From: Candidatus Omnitrophica bacterium UBA6215
Lineage (GTDB): Bacteria > Omnitrophota > Gorgyraeia > Pluralincolimonadales > Pluralincolimonadaceae
NCBI GenBank assembly: GCA_002421665.1
Contig: DISH01000005.1
Location: 14,092 to 78,091, forward strand
Direction: 5' to 3'
DNA: 64,000 nucleotides
Below the pieces are notes generated by a model that was not told the origin of the DNA, did not search any database, and saw only the letters and a program-made list of their open reading frames with translations. Positions 43,705 through 53,397 of the stretch are shown piece after piece (the first letter of the stretch is position 1; each line of letters starts with the position of its first letter). A program made the position numbers and the translations under genes.

Positions 43705-46119
43705 ATGATCAAGAGCATAGCGTTAACCATGTCTGTATTTGTTTTGGCGGCCTTTATATCCCCTGCAGAGGCGGGCATAGTCTCAATAACGGCGGACCGG
43801 GAAGAAGTGCCGGAATTCGGGAAATTGGAAATTACGGTCGGGCTTGACATTGTTTTTTCCAATCCGTTCGACCCGGAAGAAGTGGATCTGTCGGCGGTAT
43901 TTACGGGTCCTGCGGGCAGGTCATATATGGTTCCGGGTTTCCTGTATTCGGCGCAACAGGATTCATCCATGAGTTATATTAACCCCGTCTGGAAGATCAG
44001 GTTCTCTCCATGCTGTAAGGGAACTTGGAAGTATGAGGTGCGCGTGAGGACGAAAGACGGCGCGGAAAATTCCGAGGGGAAAAACTTTGAATGTGTACCG
44101 TCAAAAGCGAAGGGATTCATAAGGGTGAGCGCAGCGGATCCCCGCTATTTCGAATTTACCAACGGGGATTTCTATTATCCTGTCGGCGAGAACATATGCT
44201 GGGCATCTCTGCCCGGTTTCAGGAAATATTTCGCCGGAATGCAGAAGGCCGGGTGTAATTGGACGAGGGTATGGATGTCGAACTGGGAATCGGGATTGGA
44301 GTGGACCAAGGGCTCCGGATACAGGGGACTTGGCAGGTATAATCTCGAGAAAGCAGATAAATTGGATAAGATAATAGAGCTTGCGCAGGAACACGGCCTG
44401 TACGTGCAGCTTGTGATCAACCACCACGGCCAGTTAAGTACCAGGGTAAACCCGCAATGGGATGATAACCCCTATAATGCCGGGAACGGCGGCCCATGCA
44501 AAGAACCCAAGGATTTTTTTACCGATCCCTTGGCAAAAAAACATTTCAAGAACAGGATGCGCTATATCGTGGCACGCTGGGGATACAGCCCTAATCTAAT
44601 GGCATGGGAATTATGGAATGAATTGACATTCATCGATGACCTTGACCTCGAAAGGGACGCAGCTTGGCACAAGGAAATGGCCTCGTATATCAAGGAGACC
44701 GACCCTTACAAACACTTGATAACCACGAGTTACGCCGGGACCTTTCACGATTACGGTTTTAACGAAAAAGTCTGGGAGATACCCGAGATAGATTATACGC
44801 AATTCCATATGTATACGCAGGATGTCGTCTCGGCTATAATAGGCGCCTACAGGCTTATGAGCCGGTTCGACAAACCGTATTTCATGGCGGAGATAGGTAC
44901 GGATTCGACCGAGGGCGTAGACAAGAAAGACCTCGACGGCGCTTACCTCCATGCGGCTATCTGGTCGGAATATATGCTTTCCTGCGCAGGCAACGCGATG
45001 CCTTGGTGGTGGGACAGCTACGTGCATCCGAGGGGTATGTATTACCATTGGGCGGCGCTTACGGCTTTTAACCGGGGGACCGACAGGAGGGGCAAGGGAT
45101 ATTGCACGTCGACATCACGCGTGCTTGCAGAGATCGAAGGGTTGAAGACGTCCGTGTCCGCAGTAGGCATGATGAACGACAGGGAAGCTTTTATATGGGT
45201 CTTCGACCCGAAATGGACCAGGTTTGAACCGGGCCATCCGGAGCCTCCGGAGATAAAGGATGCATCGGTGAGGATAAACGGTATGGCCGGAGGAAGATAT
45301 CTGATAGAATTCTGGGATACGTTGTCCGGGGCAGTAACGGGAAAAGTGGAAAAGGGTTCCGATGAGAACGGGCTGGACATAACCATCCCTCCTTTCAGAA
45401 GAGATATCGCGGTTAAAGTAATACCCGTTGAGGTCAAGTCTTCCGGCCGCAGGAAGGCAGCCCTGGCAGATACTGTTCCCGCACCTATCGGTTTTTCCAG
45501 GCAGTCTGTAACGGCCGGGAGGGCGAGACAGCATATAAAAGTAGATGGCGACCTTTCGGAATGGTATCTGTCCGGTTTTGCCGGCGACCGGATAGCCTCG
45601 GCGGATAAAGGTGCTGCCAGGTTCTACCTTTTATATGACAAAGACAACCTTTATCTGGCCGCTGAGGTCGAGGATGAGTCCGTTATAGGCAACCAGAGCG
45701 GCGTTGACATTTGGCGTGATGACGCGATAGAGTTCTGGATAGACGCCCGGGGGGACGCGGATACATTCAATAACATGCCTTTCAACCCGGGTTGCTACCA
45801 GGTGAATATCGCGCCTATTACAAAAGACGGGACCGCGGGTGTCTATGTTTACAGGAATATCAATACGAGGTCTCTCGCGGAAGCGGTCAAAGCCGCCTCA
45901 AAAGTATCGTCCGACCCTAAGAAACCGGGCTATACCATAGAAGCGGCTATACCGATACGCTCAGTTGACGGACTTGAATTGAAGGACGGCAAGACCCTCG
46001 GAGTGAATTTTTCCGTTACCGACAGGGACACGGAAAAAGGACAATGGCGTCACGTCATATGGTCGGGGCAACGGGAGGATGACGCCACGCAATGGGGCAT
46101 ATTGAAGGTAAAAAACTAA
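43705..46119 (+). CDS. secreted glycoside hydrolase: N-terminal beta-sandwich (DUF5060-like) + GH-A clan TIM barrel (DUF4038/GH5-like) + C-terminal CBM9-like domain
   Basis: Signal peptide. WELWNELT (putative NE acid/base), W-rich TIM-barrel motifs. C-terminal ~190 aa DGDLSEWY...RFYLLYDKDNLYLAAEVEDESV...WRDDAIEFWID resembles the CBM9/DOMON-like fold. Paralog of the central region of 53394..56267. Confidence 0.65.
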   Translation: MIKSIALTMSVFVLAAFISPAEAGIVSITADREEVPEFGKLEITVGLDIVFSNPFDPEEVDLSAVFTGPAGRSYMVPGFLYSAQQDSSMSYINPVWKIRFSPCCKGTWKYEVRVRTKDGAENSEGKNFECVPSKAKGFIRVSAADPRYFEFTNGDFYYPVGENICWASLPGFRKYFAGMQKAGCNWTRVWMSNWESGLEWTKGSGYRGLGRYNLEKADKLDKIIELAQEHGLYVQLVINHHGQLSTRVNPQWDDNPYNAGNGGPCKEPKDFFTDPLAKKHFKNRMRYIVARWGYSPNLMAWELWNELTFIDDLDLERDAAWHKEMASYIKETDPYKHLITTSYAGTFHDYGFNEKVWEIPEIDYTQFHMYTQDVVSAIIGAYRLMSRFDKPYFMAEIGTDSTEGVDKKDLDGAYLHAAIWSEYMLSCAGNAMPWWWDSYVHPRGMYYHWAALTAFNRGTDRRGKGYCTSTSRVLAEIEGLKTSVSAVGMMNDREAFIWVFDPKWTRFEPGHPEPPEIKDASVRINGMAGGRYLIEFWDTLSGAVTGKVEKGSDENGLDITIPPFRRDIAVKVIPVEVKSSGRRKAALADTVPAPIGFSRQSVTAGRARQHIKVDGDLSEWYLSGFAGDRIASADKGAARFYLLYDKDNLYLAAEVEDESVIGNQSGVDIWRDDAIEFWIDARGDADTFNNMPFNPGCYQVNIAPITKDGTAGVYVYRNINTRSLAEAVKAASKVSSDPKKPGYTIEAAIPIRSVDGLELKDGKTLGVNFSVTDRDTEKGQWRHVIWSGQREDDATQWGILKVKN

Positions 46120-46136
46120 AAAGACAAAAGGAAAAA

Positions 46137-48182
46137 ATGAAGAAAAAAGCGGAAATAAAGGAAGGCATATTCTATCTCGGAGGAAAACCAACGTTCCTTG
46201 TAAGCGCGGATTACCCTTATTATCGCGATGATGCCGCGAACTGGAACGACAGGTTAAAGAAGATAAAAGATGCCGGGATCGATGCCGTTACGTTCTATAC
46301 TCCCTGGAGGCACCATGTTCTAAGGGACGGAGAAGGTTTCATCGAGGATTTCAACGGCAAGACGCGCCCGAACCGCAACGTTGAACTGTTCCTTAAATTA
46401 TGCCGTGACAACGGCCTTTGGGCTATAGTAAAACCCGGGCCTTTTATACATGCAGAGTTGACGTTCGGAGGTCTTCCGGATTGGGCTGCCGCCGAAAAAA
46501 GCTCCGGCCTGGAGACCTTCCCGAACAACAAGGGCGAGCCTATGCTCGACCCGTTCCGTAAACCAGACACATACGGCAGGCCCATGCCCGCCCCTCTTTG
46601 TAAAAAATTCAGGTCGATGACCAGGCAGTGGTACAAGACCGTATATGACAAAGTGATAAAAGGCAATATATATCCGGAAGGCAATATAATAGCGGTTCAG
46701 GTCTGCAACGAGGGGCTCTATTCCAACGGGCCTGCCTCGATAACCGATTATGATTATTCGGACTCATCGCTTGAACTATTCAGGAAATTCACCGGACGAA
46801 AGGACCTGAAGGTAGCAAGGAGGCTCTACGGGATAAAGAGGCTTTCCGACCTCAAGGACTACCTTGATTGGGCCAGATGGCAGTCGGAGTATATGAGGTT
46901 AATATATACGGAATTCTCCGCGGTCGTCCACGGCAAACTACCTATCGTAATAAATATCAATCCTCCGTGCGAGGGCAGGAAGCTTGACCATTGGCTGACC
47001 AGGGTAATACCGGAGAACTGGCCTACGATAAACTACGGTTTTACGAACTGGCTGCGGCCCGTTTCCGAGGACCGTTCATCCTTTGATCGTTACAGCCTTT
47101 TATCCAAGCGCAAAAGAGGCATAAATTTCGAGGAGAACTGGGGATTTTCCAAGATATACGATTACCATTTCCAGTATCCCGTGATCTGCGTATTCGAGAC
47201 CATGCTGGCGATAGCAAACGGAGCGACCGGCTTCAATGTCTATACCGCAGTCAATACCGCCTCATGGGATGATTCCATAGACAGCCAGCATGAAAGACCG
47301 TATCCGGATTCTTCTCCCATAAAAGAAGACGGTTCGCTGACCAAAAAGTACGAAGTATTAAGCCTTATATCGCATTTCTTTGAGACCGAGGGCCCCGCCT
47401 TCCTTAAATGTTCCGCAGATACGCCTATAGCGTGGGGCTTTTATCCGCCCTATGCGTTCCTGGCGGCGTGGGACATACCTAAGGAAGACTGGGACAGGCT
47501 TCACATGGACCCGGTAAGGTGCGGTTATGAAGGGTTGGACAAGTTCCAAAGGGTACTTAGGGACCGGAACATCGATTTCCATATAGTCAATCTTGAGACC
47601 GCCAGCCTAAAGGAATTGAAGCAGAATAAATTCATAGTCCTTAACGGCGGTTTCTTCATGGACAGGAAGACCCAACAGAAACTTGCCTCTTTTGCGGCGG
47701 GAGGCGGAAAGGTTATATTCATAGGAGAGACGCCCCGCGCGGATGAAAATTTCAATGACTGCAGGATATCACAGAAAAACAGTTTCTGTTTGCTTAAGAT
47801 AGAGGATATAGGCGGAATATTGGCGCGTTATCATTCAAAGCTTAAGGTTAACGACCCCGAGACCCAGGTATGGGCTTATGACGATCCCGCTTCCGATACG
47901 CAGTTTTTCTTTATCCTTAACCTGTCGATAAACGCGGGTGCCCGATACTTCGATTATGACGGCGTAAATGGGAGTGTTGTAATGCCGGATAAATCCGCGG
48001 CTGTGATCAAGGTCAAGAAGGGCAAGCTTGATTCACTGTTTATAAAAGGCATCAACGAGATGAACAATACGTCAGTGGTCCCGGCGGCCTCGTTCGGCAG
48101 GGATGTTTTCAGGTCGGAGAAGGCATGTGACGTCCTGGCTTACAGGAAGGCGAATAAATGGCAGGCAAAAATCGTATTATAA
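46137..48182 (+). CDS. GH35/GH42-like beta-galactosidase family protein (cytoplasmic)
   Basis: GH35 N-terminal pattern: YPYYR...W.DRLKKIKDAGIDAVTFY.PW..H, then AIVKPGPFIHAELTFGGLPDW and VQVCNEGLY (compare VQVENEYG, acid/base Glu). No signal peptide. Start set to ATG 46137 after the upstream stop. Confidence 0.65.
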   Translation: MKKKAEIKEGIFYLGGKPTFLVSADYPYYRDDAANWNDRLKKIKDAGIDAVTFYTPWRHHVLRDGEGFIEDFNGKTRPNRNVELFLKLCRDNGLWAIVKPGPFIHAELTFGGLPDWAAAEKSSGLETFPNNKGEPMLDPFRKPDTYGRPMPAPLCKKFRSMTRQWYKTVYDKVIKGNIYPEGNIIAVQVCNEGLYSNGPASITDYDYSDSSLELFRKFTGRKDLKVARRLYGIKRLSDLKDYLDWARWQSEYMRLIYTEFSAVVHGKLPIVININPPCEGRKLDHWLTRVIPENWPTINYGFTNWLRPVSEDRSSFDRYSLLSKRKRGINFEENWGFSKIYDYHFQYPVICVFETMLAIANGATGFNVYTAVNTASWDDSIDSQHERPYPDSSPIKEDGSLTKKYEVLSLISHFFETEGPAFLKCSADTPIAWGFYPPYAFLAAWDIPKEDWDRLHMDPVRCGYEGLDKFQRVLRDRNIDFHIVNLETASLKELKQNKFIVLNGGFFMDRKTQQKLASFAAGGGKVIFIGETPRADENFNDCRISQKNSFCLLKIEDIGGILARYHSKLKVNDPETQVWAYDDPASDTQFFFILNLSINAGARYFDYDGVNGSVVMPDKSAAVIKVKKGKLDSLFIKGINEMNNTSVVPAASFGRDVFRSEKACDVLAYRKANKWQAKIVL

Positions 48183-49693
48183 AAGCGGTCCTTATCGCAG
48201 CGATCCCGGCCCTATTATCACAGGCCCGGGCCGATGAAGGGAGACTCGTTTACCTTAACCCTTTTACGGTAGCGGCTTCGTCTTTTGATGACAGTGAGTG
48301 GGCGCCGGAACCCGAGCCTTCGGCCGTATCCGACGGCGATTTCAACACTCGCTGGTCATCCGTCATGGGCAAGGATAACGAATGGATATACCTTGACTTC
48401 GGTAAGCAGAAGACCGTTACGGAAGTTATTATATACTGGGAACGTGCTTATGCTACGGAGTTCGAGATACAGTCATCCGATGACGCAATGAACTGGAAGA
48501 CCATCGCCCGGGTGAAAAACGGAAAGGGCGAGAAAGAGACGGTTTCAGTCCCCAAGACGACTGCGCAATACCTCAGGCTGGTCGGCTTAAAGAGGGTCAA
48601 CCCCGACTGGGGGTTCTCGGTCTGGGAGTTCGAGGCGTACGGTCCGCCAGAGCTCAATCCCCAGGACTTTCCGGTCGAGGAGGTGTTCCCCGGCAGGAGG
48701 CCGCGAGAAGAGGTCAAGCTTGTTATGGAGGAACCGGTGAGGTCACCCGGGGCCATCGGGCCCGGGGAGTTCCAAAAAGGCGTCAATTATTCGTCTTATA
48801 ATGAGGTGGACCTTGCCCTGCAGGAATCCGATGAAATACTGGCTTATCTCAAGACGATGAACGTGACGGATGTATGCATTATCGTGACGTGGTACCAGGA
48901 CAGCCTGGAGTCGATGTCCATGTCGCCTGATGCCGTCGGAGGAAGGACCCCGCGCGACGAAGCGCTCATCCATGCTATAAATAAGGCGCATTCCCTGGGT
49001 TTCAAAGTTATGTTAAAGCCTCATATAGACATACAATCCGGCGAGTTTCGCGGGGATATCCCCGGCGAGGAAGAATGGTTCGGGAATTACGGAGATTTCA
49101 TATTGAAATATGCAGGCATCGCGCAAAAATTCAATGTCGAACTCTTCTGTATCGGGACCGAGCTTTCCGGCACTCCTACAAAATGGGAACCAAACTGGAG
49201 GAAGATCATAAAGGATATACGCGCCGTATACTCCGGGCCGATAACCTACGCCGCGAACTGGGACGAATACAAATATGTCCCTTTCTGGAACGACCTGGAT
49301 TATATGGGCATAGACGCCTATTTCCCCCTTACCAACAAGAATGAGCCTTCGAAAGAAGAACTCCTTGTTGCCTGGAAACGGGAGGCAGATAATATAGAAA
49401 ATTTTTTGAAGAAGAAAGGCATAAACAAACCGGTCATCTTTACCGAAGCCGGTTATGCCAGTTCGGACGGCGCCAACAAGAGGCCGTGGGAAGTCACATC
49501 TAAGACCGAAGACCAGAGGGAGCAAGCGGACTGTCTGGATGCGCTTATGACGGTCATGACAAATCGGGTGTGGTTTTCGGGACTTTACGTGTGGAATGTA
49601 TTCCCCCAGGATATCTCCAGCCCGCTTGGTTTCCCGGTTAAGGGGAAATTGGCTGAAAAGATACTTGCCGACTGGTATGCGAAGCTGAAGTAA
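48158..49693 (+). CDS. secreted F5/8 type C (discoidin, CBM32-like) domain + GH-A clan TIM-barrel glycoside hydrolase
   Basis: Signal peptide. Discoidin signature FNTRWSS...EWIYLDFG...VWEFEAYG. C-terminal TIM barrel with FTEAGY (nucleophile-like TE) and WNDLDYMGIDAYFP. Paralog of 50372..51553. Confidence 0.65.
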   Translation: MAGKNRIIKAVLIAAIPALLSQARADEGRLVYLNPFTVAASSFDDSEWAPEPEPSAVSDGDFNTRWSSVMGKDNEWIYLDFGKQKTVTEVIIYWERAYATEFEIQSSDDAMNWKTIARVKNGKGEKETVSVPKTTAQYLRLVGLKRVNPDWGFSVWEFEAYGPPELNPQDFPVEEVFPGRRPREEVKLVMEEPVRSPGAIGPGEFQKGVNYSSYNEVDLALQESDEILAYLKTMNVTDVCIIVTWYQDSLESMSMSPDAVGGRTPRDEALIHAINKAHSLGFKVMLKPHIDIQSGEFRGDIPGEEEWFGNYGDFILKYAGIAQKFNVELFCIGTELSGTPTKWEPNWRKIIKDIRAVYSGPITYAANWDEYKYVPFWNDLDYMGIDAYFPLTNKNEPSKEELLVAWKREADNIENFLKKKGINKPVIFTEAGYASSDGANKRPWEVTSKTEDQREQADCLDALMTVMTNRVWFSGLYVWNVFPQDISSPLGFPVKGKLAEKILADWYAKLK

Positions 49694-49718
49694 AGGTACG
49701 GGAAAGGAGGCAGTAACG

Positions 49719-50303
49719 ATGGGCAGGTTAATGGCAGCAGCATTGCTGGTCGCGTCACTTCTTGCGTTGAGCAGTGTCCCTCACGCGGCTGAAACGGTGC
49801 TCTTCGGGTTCGAGGATGACACCGGGGGTTGGCGCGTCCCTGATTGGGCGCTTGAAAAAGAAGACCATGTAGCGAGGGACCTCTCCCTCTCTACCGATTG
49901 GGCTTCCGAAGGGAAGAAGTCCATGAAGGTCACTTCCGAGTTCCTCGGGGGCAAATGGTCGGGCGCGTATGTCGAGATAGAAGAATATTTCGACTGGTCG
50001 CCTTACAGCAAGCTTTTGGTCGATGTGTACATACCAAAAGATGCCCCGGCCGGGCTTAAAGGTAAGATAATCCTTACCGTAGGTGATGAGTGGAAATGGA
50101 CCGAGATGAGCAAGACCGTGCCGCTTACCCCGGGCCAAGTCACCACGATAACGGCCGATATAGCCCCGGGAAGCAAGGATTGGAAGAACACGATCGTCGA
50201 TGATAACTTCAGGAAAGATGTCCGGAAATTCGGTGTAAGGGCGGAAAACAACAGGACCGAGTGGAAGGGCGCCTATTATGTCGACAACATAAGGTTGGAA
50301 TAA
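49719..50303 (+). CDS. small secreted protein consisting of one uncharacterised CBM-like module (copy 3)
   Basis: Signal peptide. LFGFEDDTGGW, KSMK, KDWKN, YYVDNIRLE. Confidence 0.65.
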   Translation: MGRLMAAALLVASLLALSSVPHAAETVLFGFEDDTGGWRVPDWALEKEDHVARDLSLSTDWASEGKKSMKVTSEFLGGKWSGAYVEIEEYFDWSPYSKLLVDVYIPKDAPAGLKGKIILTVGDEWKWTEMSKTVPLTPGQVTTITADIAPGSKDWKNTIVDDNFRKDVRKFGVRAENNRTEWKGAYYVDNIRLE

Positions 50304-50313
50304 TGGCTGTTAC

Positions 50314-50351
50314 GCGGGGCCGCAAAAACCGGCCCCGCGCGACACCTTTTA
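50314..50351 (+). terminator. rho-independent terminator
   Basis: Perfect 9-bp GC stem GCGGGGCCG-CAAAAAC-CGGCCCCGC (50314-50338) followed by TTTTAT. Confidence 0.65.
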
Positions 50352-50371
50352 TAAGTCTTAAGGAGAGCAAG

Positions 50372-51553
50372 ATGTTTTTCAGGAGAAAGTTATTAATATT
50401 CATTCTGGTAGCAGCCGCGTTCCTGGCCGGCTACCTGGCCAGCGTAATGGCCCCGCGCGTGTCCTCGCAGAAGCCGGTCGAGACCAAGTTTGCTTTTGGC
50501 GCGGGAAAGAAGGTGTCCGGAGCTCCTCAGGAAGCAGCCGGTCCCTCAAGGGAGCAGGCCCCTGCGGCCGCGGCCCAGAAAAAAGTAGACAGGCCCCCTT
50601 TCCCTCAATTCCAGAAAGGGATGACCTATGTGACATGGGACAGGTCCGCGTACGGCAAAGGTTTTTCAGACATGTCCCTGGAAAAACTCGCCTCGATAGG
50701 CTGTGGTTATGTTGCCATAATAACCACCTGGTACCAGGGTGATTATAATATTACCCAGATAAAGCGGGGAGGCAGCACGCCTACCGATGAAAGCCTGATA
50801 CATGCAATAGAGTCGGCGCATAAAGCGGGCTTAAAGGTCATGCTTAAGCCGCACCTTGACCTTGTAAAAGGCGGCTGTTGGAGGGGGGAGATACAATTTG
50901 GCAACGATACCGATTGGGAAACATGGTTTGCCAGCTACGGGGATTTCATAACTCACTACGCTAAACTTGCGGAAGATAACGGTGTAGAGATATTCTGTAT
51001 CGGAGTGGAGCTTACGGTGCCCGCGGTAGAGAAGCCGGATATGTGGGTAACGAAAGTCATAGAGCCCGTGAGGAAAGTTTTTTCAGGCCCGATAACTTAT
51101 GCAGCGAACTGGAACGAGGAATACCAGAACGTTGAATTCTGGGATAAGCTCGATTATGCAGGTTTGGACGCCTATTTTCCTCTTTCTGATAAAGAAGACC
51201 CGTCGCTCGATGACTTGAGGCAGGGATGGAAACCCCATATGGAAGCTATCGAAACCTGGCAGAAGTTCATAAATAAGCCGGTCCTGCTTACCGAGGTAGG
51301 TTATAAGAGTTCAACGGGCACGGCCAGGACCCCGTGGGAGCACCAGCTCGGCAGGGAAGTGGATCTGAAACTGCAAAGCGATTGCTACACGGCTATGTTG
51401 GAAGCTTTTTGGGATAAACCCTGGTTTTATGGGATGTACTGGTGGTATTGGGGGACGAATGATAGAATGGGAGGCAGCACCGACCGCGGGTTCAATGTGC
51501 AGAACAAACCTGCGCAGGCCGTGGTCAGGGATTGGTACGCCAAAGGGCGCTAA
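50372..51553 (+). CDS. membrane-anchored/secreted GH-A clan TIM-barrel glycoside hydrolase (paralog of the 48158 catalytic domain)
   Basis: AGGAGA RBS before ATG 50372. N-terminal signal anchor. LLTEVGY, WDKLDYAGLDAYFP and YAANWNEEY motifs shared with the 48158 protein. The track ORF start 50261 is rejected. Confidence 0.65.
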   Translation: MFFRRKLLIFILVAAAFLAGYLASVMAPRVSSQKPVETKFAFGAGKKVSGAPQEAAGPSREQAPAAAAQKKVDRPPFPQFQKGMTYVTWDRSAYGKGFSDMSLEKLASIGCGYVAIITTWYQGDYNITQIKRGGSTPTDESLIHAIESAHKAGLKVMLKPHLDLVKGGCWRGEIQFGNDTDWETWFASYGDFITHYAKLAEDNGVEIFCIGVELTVPAVEKPDMWVTKVIEPVRKVFSGPITYAANWNEEYQNVEFWDKLDYAGLDAYFPLSDKEDPSLDDLRQGWKPHMEAIETWQKFINKPVLLTEVGYKSSTGTARTPWEHQLGREVDLKLQSDCYTAMLEAFWDKPWFYGMYWWYWGTNDRMGGSTDRGFNVQNKPAQAVVRDWYAKGR

Positions 51554-51568
51554 AAACAGGAGGATAAT

Positions 51569-52498
51569 ATGAGGTTTGTCTGCAAGAAATACGAAAAGAA
51601 CCCGATAATAACAAAAGAAGATATGCCTTACCCGTGCGAATGCGTATATAACGCGGGTGCGGCAAAGTACAAGAATAAATATATACTCTTGCTCAGGGTT
51701 CTTCTGCTTAACGGTAACTGCGTATTCGGGCTCGCCGAGAGCGATGACGGTTTCGATTTCAGGATCCACCCGAAACCGGTTATGGTCCCGGCGACTACAG
51801 GGCCTTTCGCCAGGTATGAGGAGAAGGGCATCGAAGACCCGCGTATCACCAAGATCGGGGACACCTATTATATCTTCTACAGCTGCTATTCAGGGCTCGG
51901 GATGAGGATAGGGCTCGCCAAGACCAAGGACTTCAGGAAATTCGACCGTATCGCCATGACGACCACCATAGATTATCGCAATTCGGTCCTGTTCCCGGAG
52001 AAGATCAACGGCAAATATTGCCGTTTCGAGCGCCCGAACGTGGGACGCCAGGGGATATGGGTCTCTTACTCTCCGGACCTGATACATTGGGGCGAGCAGG
52101 AGCATATAATGGCCCCTTACGGCAACCATATTTGGGAAGACCATAAGATCGGCGCCGGCGCTCCGCCTATCAAGACCAAGAAGGGCTGGCTGAGTATCTA
52201 CCACGGCGTTACCTGGACGATGGACGGAATGACTTACAGGCTTGGAGCAGCTATGCATGACCTGAAGAACCCGGCAAAGATCCTCGGGATAGCCGACCAA
52301 TTCATACTCAGCCCCGATGAGATCTTTGAAAGGGTGGGGTATGTCCATAACGTCGTTTTTACCTGCGGCGCAATACCCGAACCTGACGGGACGGTCAAGA
52401 TATATTACGGCGGTGCCGATACGGTAATGTGCGTTGCCGTTGCAAAAATAGAAGACCTTATAGATATAGCGCTTAAAGGCAAGAGGAAACCGCTATAA
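51569..52498 (+). CDS. GH130-family glycoside phosphorylase (beta-1,4-mannoside phosphorylase-like)
   Basis: 309 aa, no signal peptide. NPIITKEDMP...VYNAGAAKYKNKYILLLRV N-terminus and VVFTCGAIPEPDGTVKIYYGGADTVMCVAVAKIEDL C-terminus are characteristic of the five-bladed beta-propeller GH130 family. Confidence 0.75.
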   Translation: MRFVCKKYEKNPIITKEDMPYPCECVYNAGAAKYKNKYILLLRVLLLNGNCVFGLAESDDGFDFRIHPKPVMVPATTGPFARYEEKGIEDPRITKIGDTYYIFYSCYSGLGMRIGLAKTKDFRKFDRIAMTTTIDYRNSVLFPEKINGKYCRFERPNVGRQGIWVSYSPDLIHWGEQEHIMAPYGNHIWEDHKIGAGAPPIKTKKGWLSIYHGVTWTMDGMTYRLGAAMHDLKNPAKILGIADQFILSPDEIFERVGYVHNVVFTCGAIPEPDGTVKIYYGGADTVMCVAVAKIEDLIDIALKGKRKPL

Positions 52499-53397
52499 AA
52501 TATTATCTCGGGATTGACATAGGTGGCACGAACATCCGCCTGGGTGTCGTAGACGGCCGCGGCAAGGTACTGGCAAGATATCGGATGCCTACCTTGAGAA
52601 GGCAGGGAAGGGACAGGGTCATATCGAGACTGTTCGACGCCATAAAGGATATCGCGGCGTCGTATGACATAAAAGCGATAGGGATAGGTTGCCCCGGACC
52701 GCTTGACAGTAAAAAGGGGATAGTGCTCTCTCCTCCTAATCTGCCCGGCTGGCGCAACGTGCGGATAAAAGAGATGGTCGGCAAGAGGTTCCGCGTCCCG
52801 GCGGCGGTCGAGAACGATGCCAATTGCGCGGGGTTGGGGGAATCCGTTGCCGGCGCAGGGAAGCGCGCCTCGAGCATGGTCTTGCTTACTCTCGGCACTG
52901 GTATAGGCAGCGCAATAGTCCTGGAAGGGAGATTATGGACGGGTAAGGGAGGCTTTGCTTCCGAGTTGGGCCACGTATCGGTGGATATTAACGGTCCGAG
53001 ATGCGAATGCGGCAACAGGGGCTGCATAGAATTATATGCTTCGGCAACAGGAGTCGTCCGCCGCATGAAAAAGGCATCCTGGAGCAAGGCTGCCTTGACG
53101 GCTGAGGATGTATTTCGCAATGCCGGCAGAGGAGACAAGAAAGCGCGCAAGATAGTCGATGAGACGGCCTATTACCTTGGGTGCGCGCTTGCCAATATAG
53201 TTAACGCGCTGGACCCCGAGCTTATAGTGCTTGCCGGAGGAATGACAAGGGCCGGGCGCGGATTTGTGCGCAAAGCCGAACAAATAATGAGGAAGAGGGC
53301 TTTGAGGGAATCATCACGAGCAGTCAAAGTAACTGTCTCTAAACTTGGAGATGATGCCGGTTTGATCGGCGCCGCTTGGAGGGCGAAGGAGCTATGA
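52495..53397 (+). CDS. ROK-family sugar kinase with non-canonical start codon (or 5' disruption)
   Basis: The conserved ROK N-terminus YYLGIDIGGTNIRLGVVDGRGKVL (52501-52572) lies upstream of the first in-frame ATG (52585). The frame opens at 52477 with no ATG/GTG/TTG. In-frame ATA at 52495 sits 7 nt after an AGAGGA SD. ROK motifs ENDANCAGLGE and CECGNRGC (Zn) are present. The 5' boundary is uncertain. Confidence 0.6.
   Translation: MKYYLGIDIGGTNIRLGVVDGRGKVLARYRMPTLRRQGRDRVISRLFDAIKDIAASYDIKAIGIGCPGPLDSKKGIVLSPPNLPGWRNVRIKEMVGKRFRVPAAVENDANCAGLGESVAGAGKRASSMVLLTLGTGIGSAIVLEGRLWTGKGGFASELGHVSVDINGPRCECGNRGCIELYASATGVVRRMKKASWSKAALTAEDVFRNAGRGDKKARKIVDETAYYLGCALANIVNALDPELIVLAGGMTRAGRGFVRKAEQIMRKRALRESSRAVKVTVSKLGDDAGLIGAAWRAKEL

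Noticed and set aside
52503-53150. 215-aa minus-strand Pro-rich ORF opposite the ROK kinase gene
   Set aside because: The sense strand carries clear ROK motifs. The antisense translation is low-complexity.
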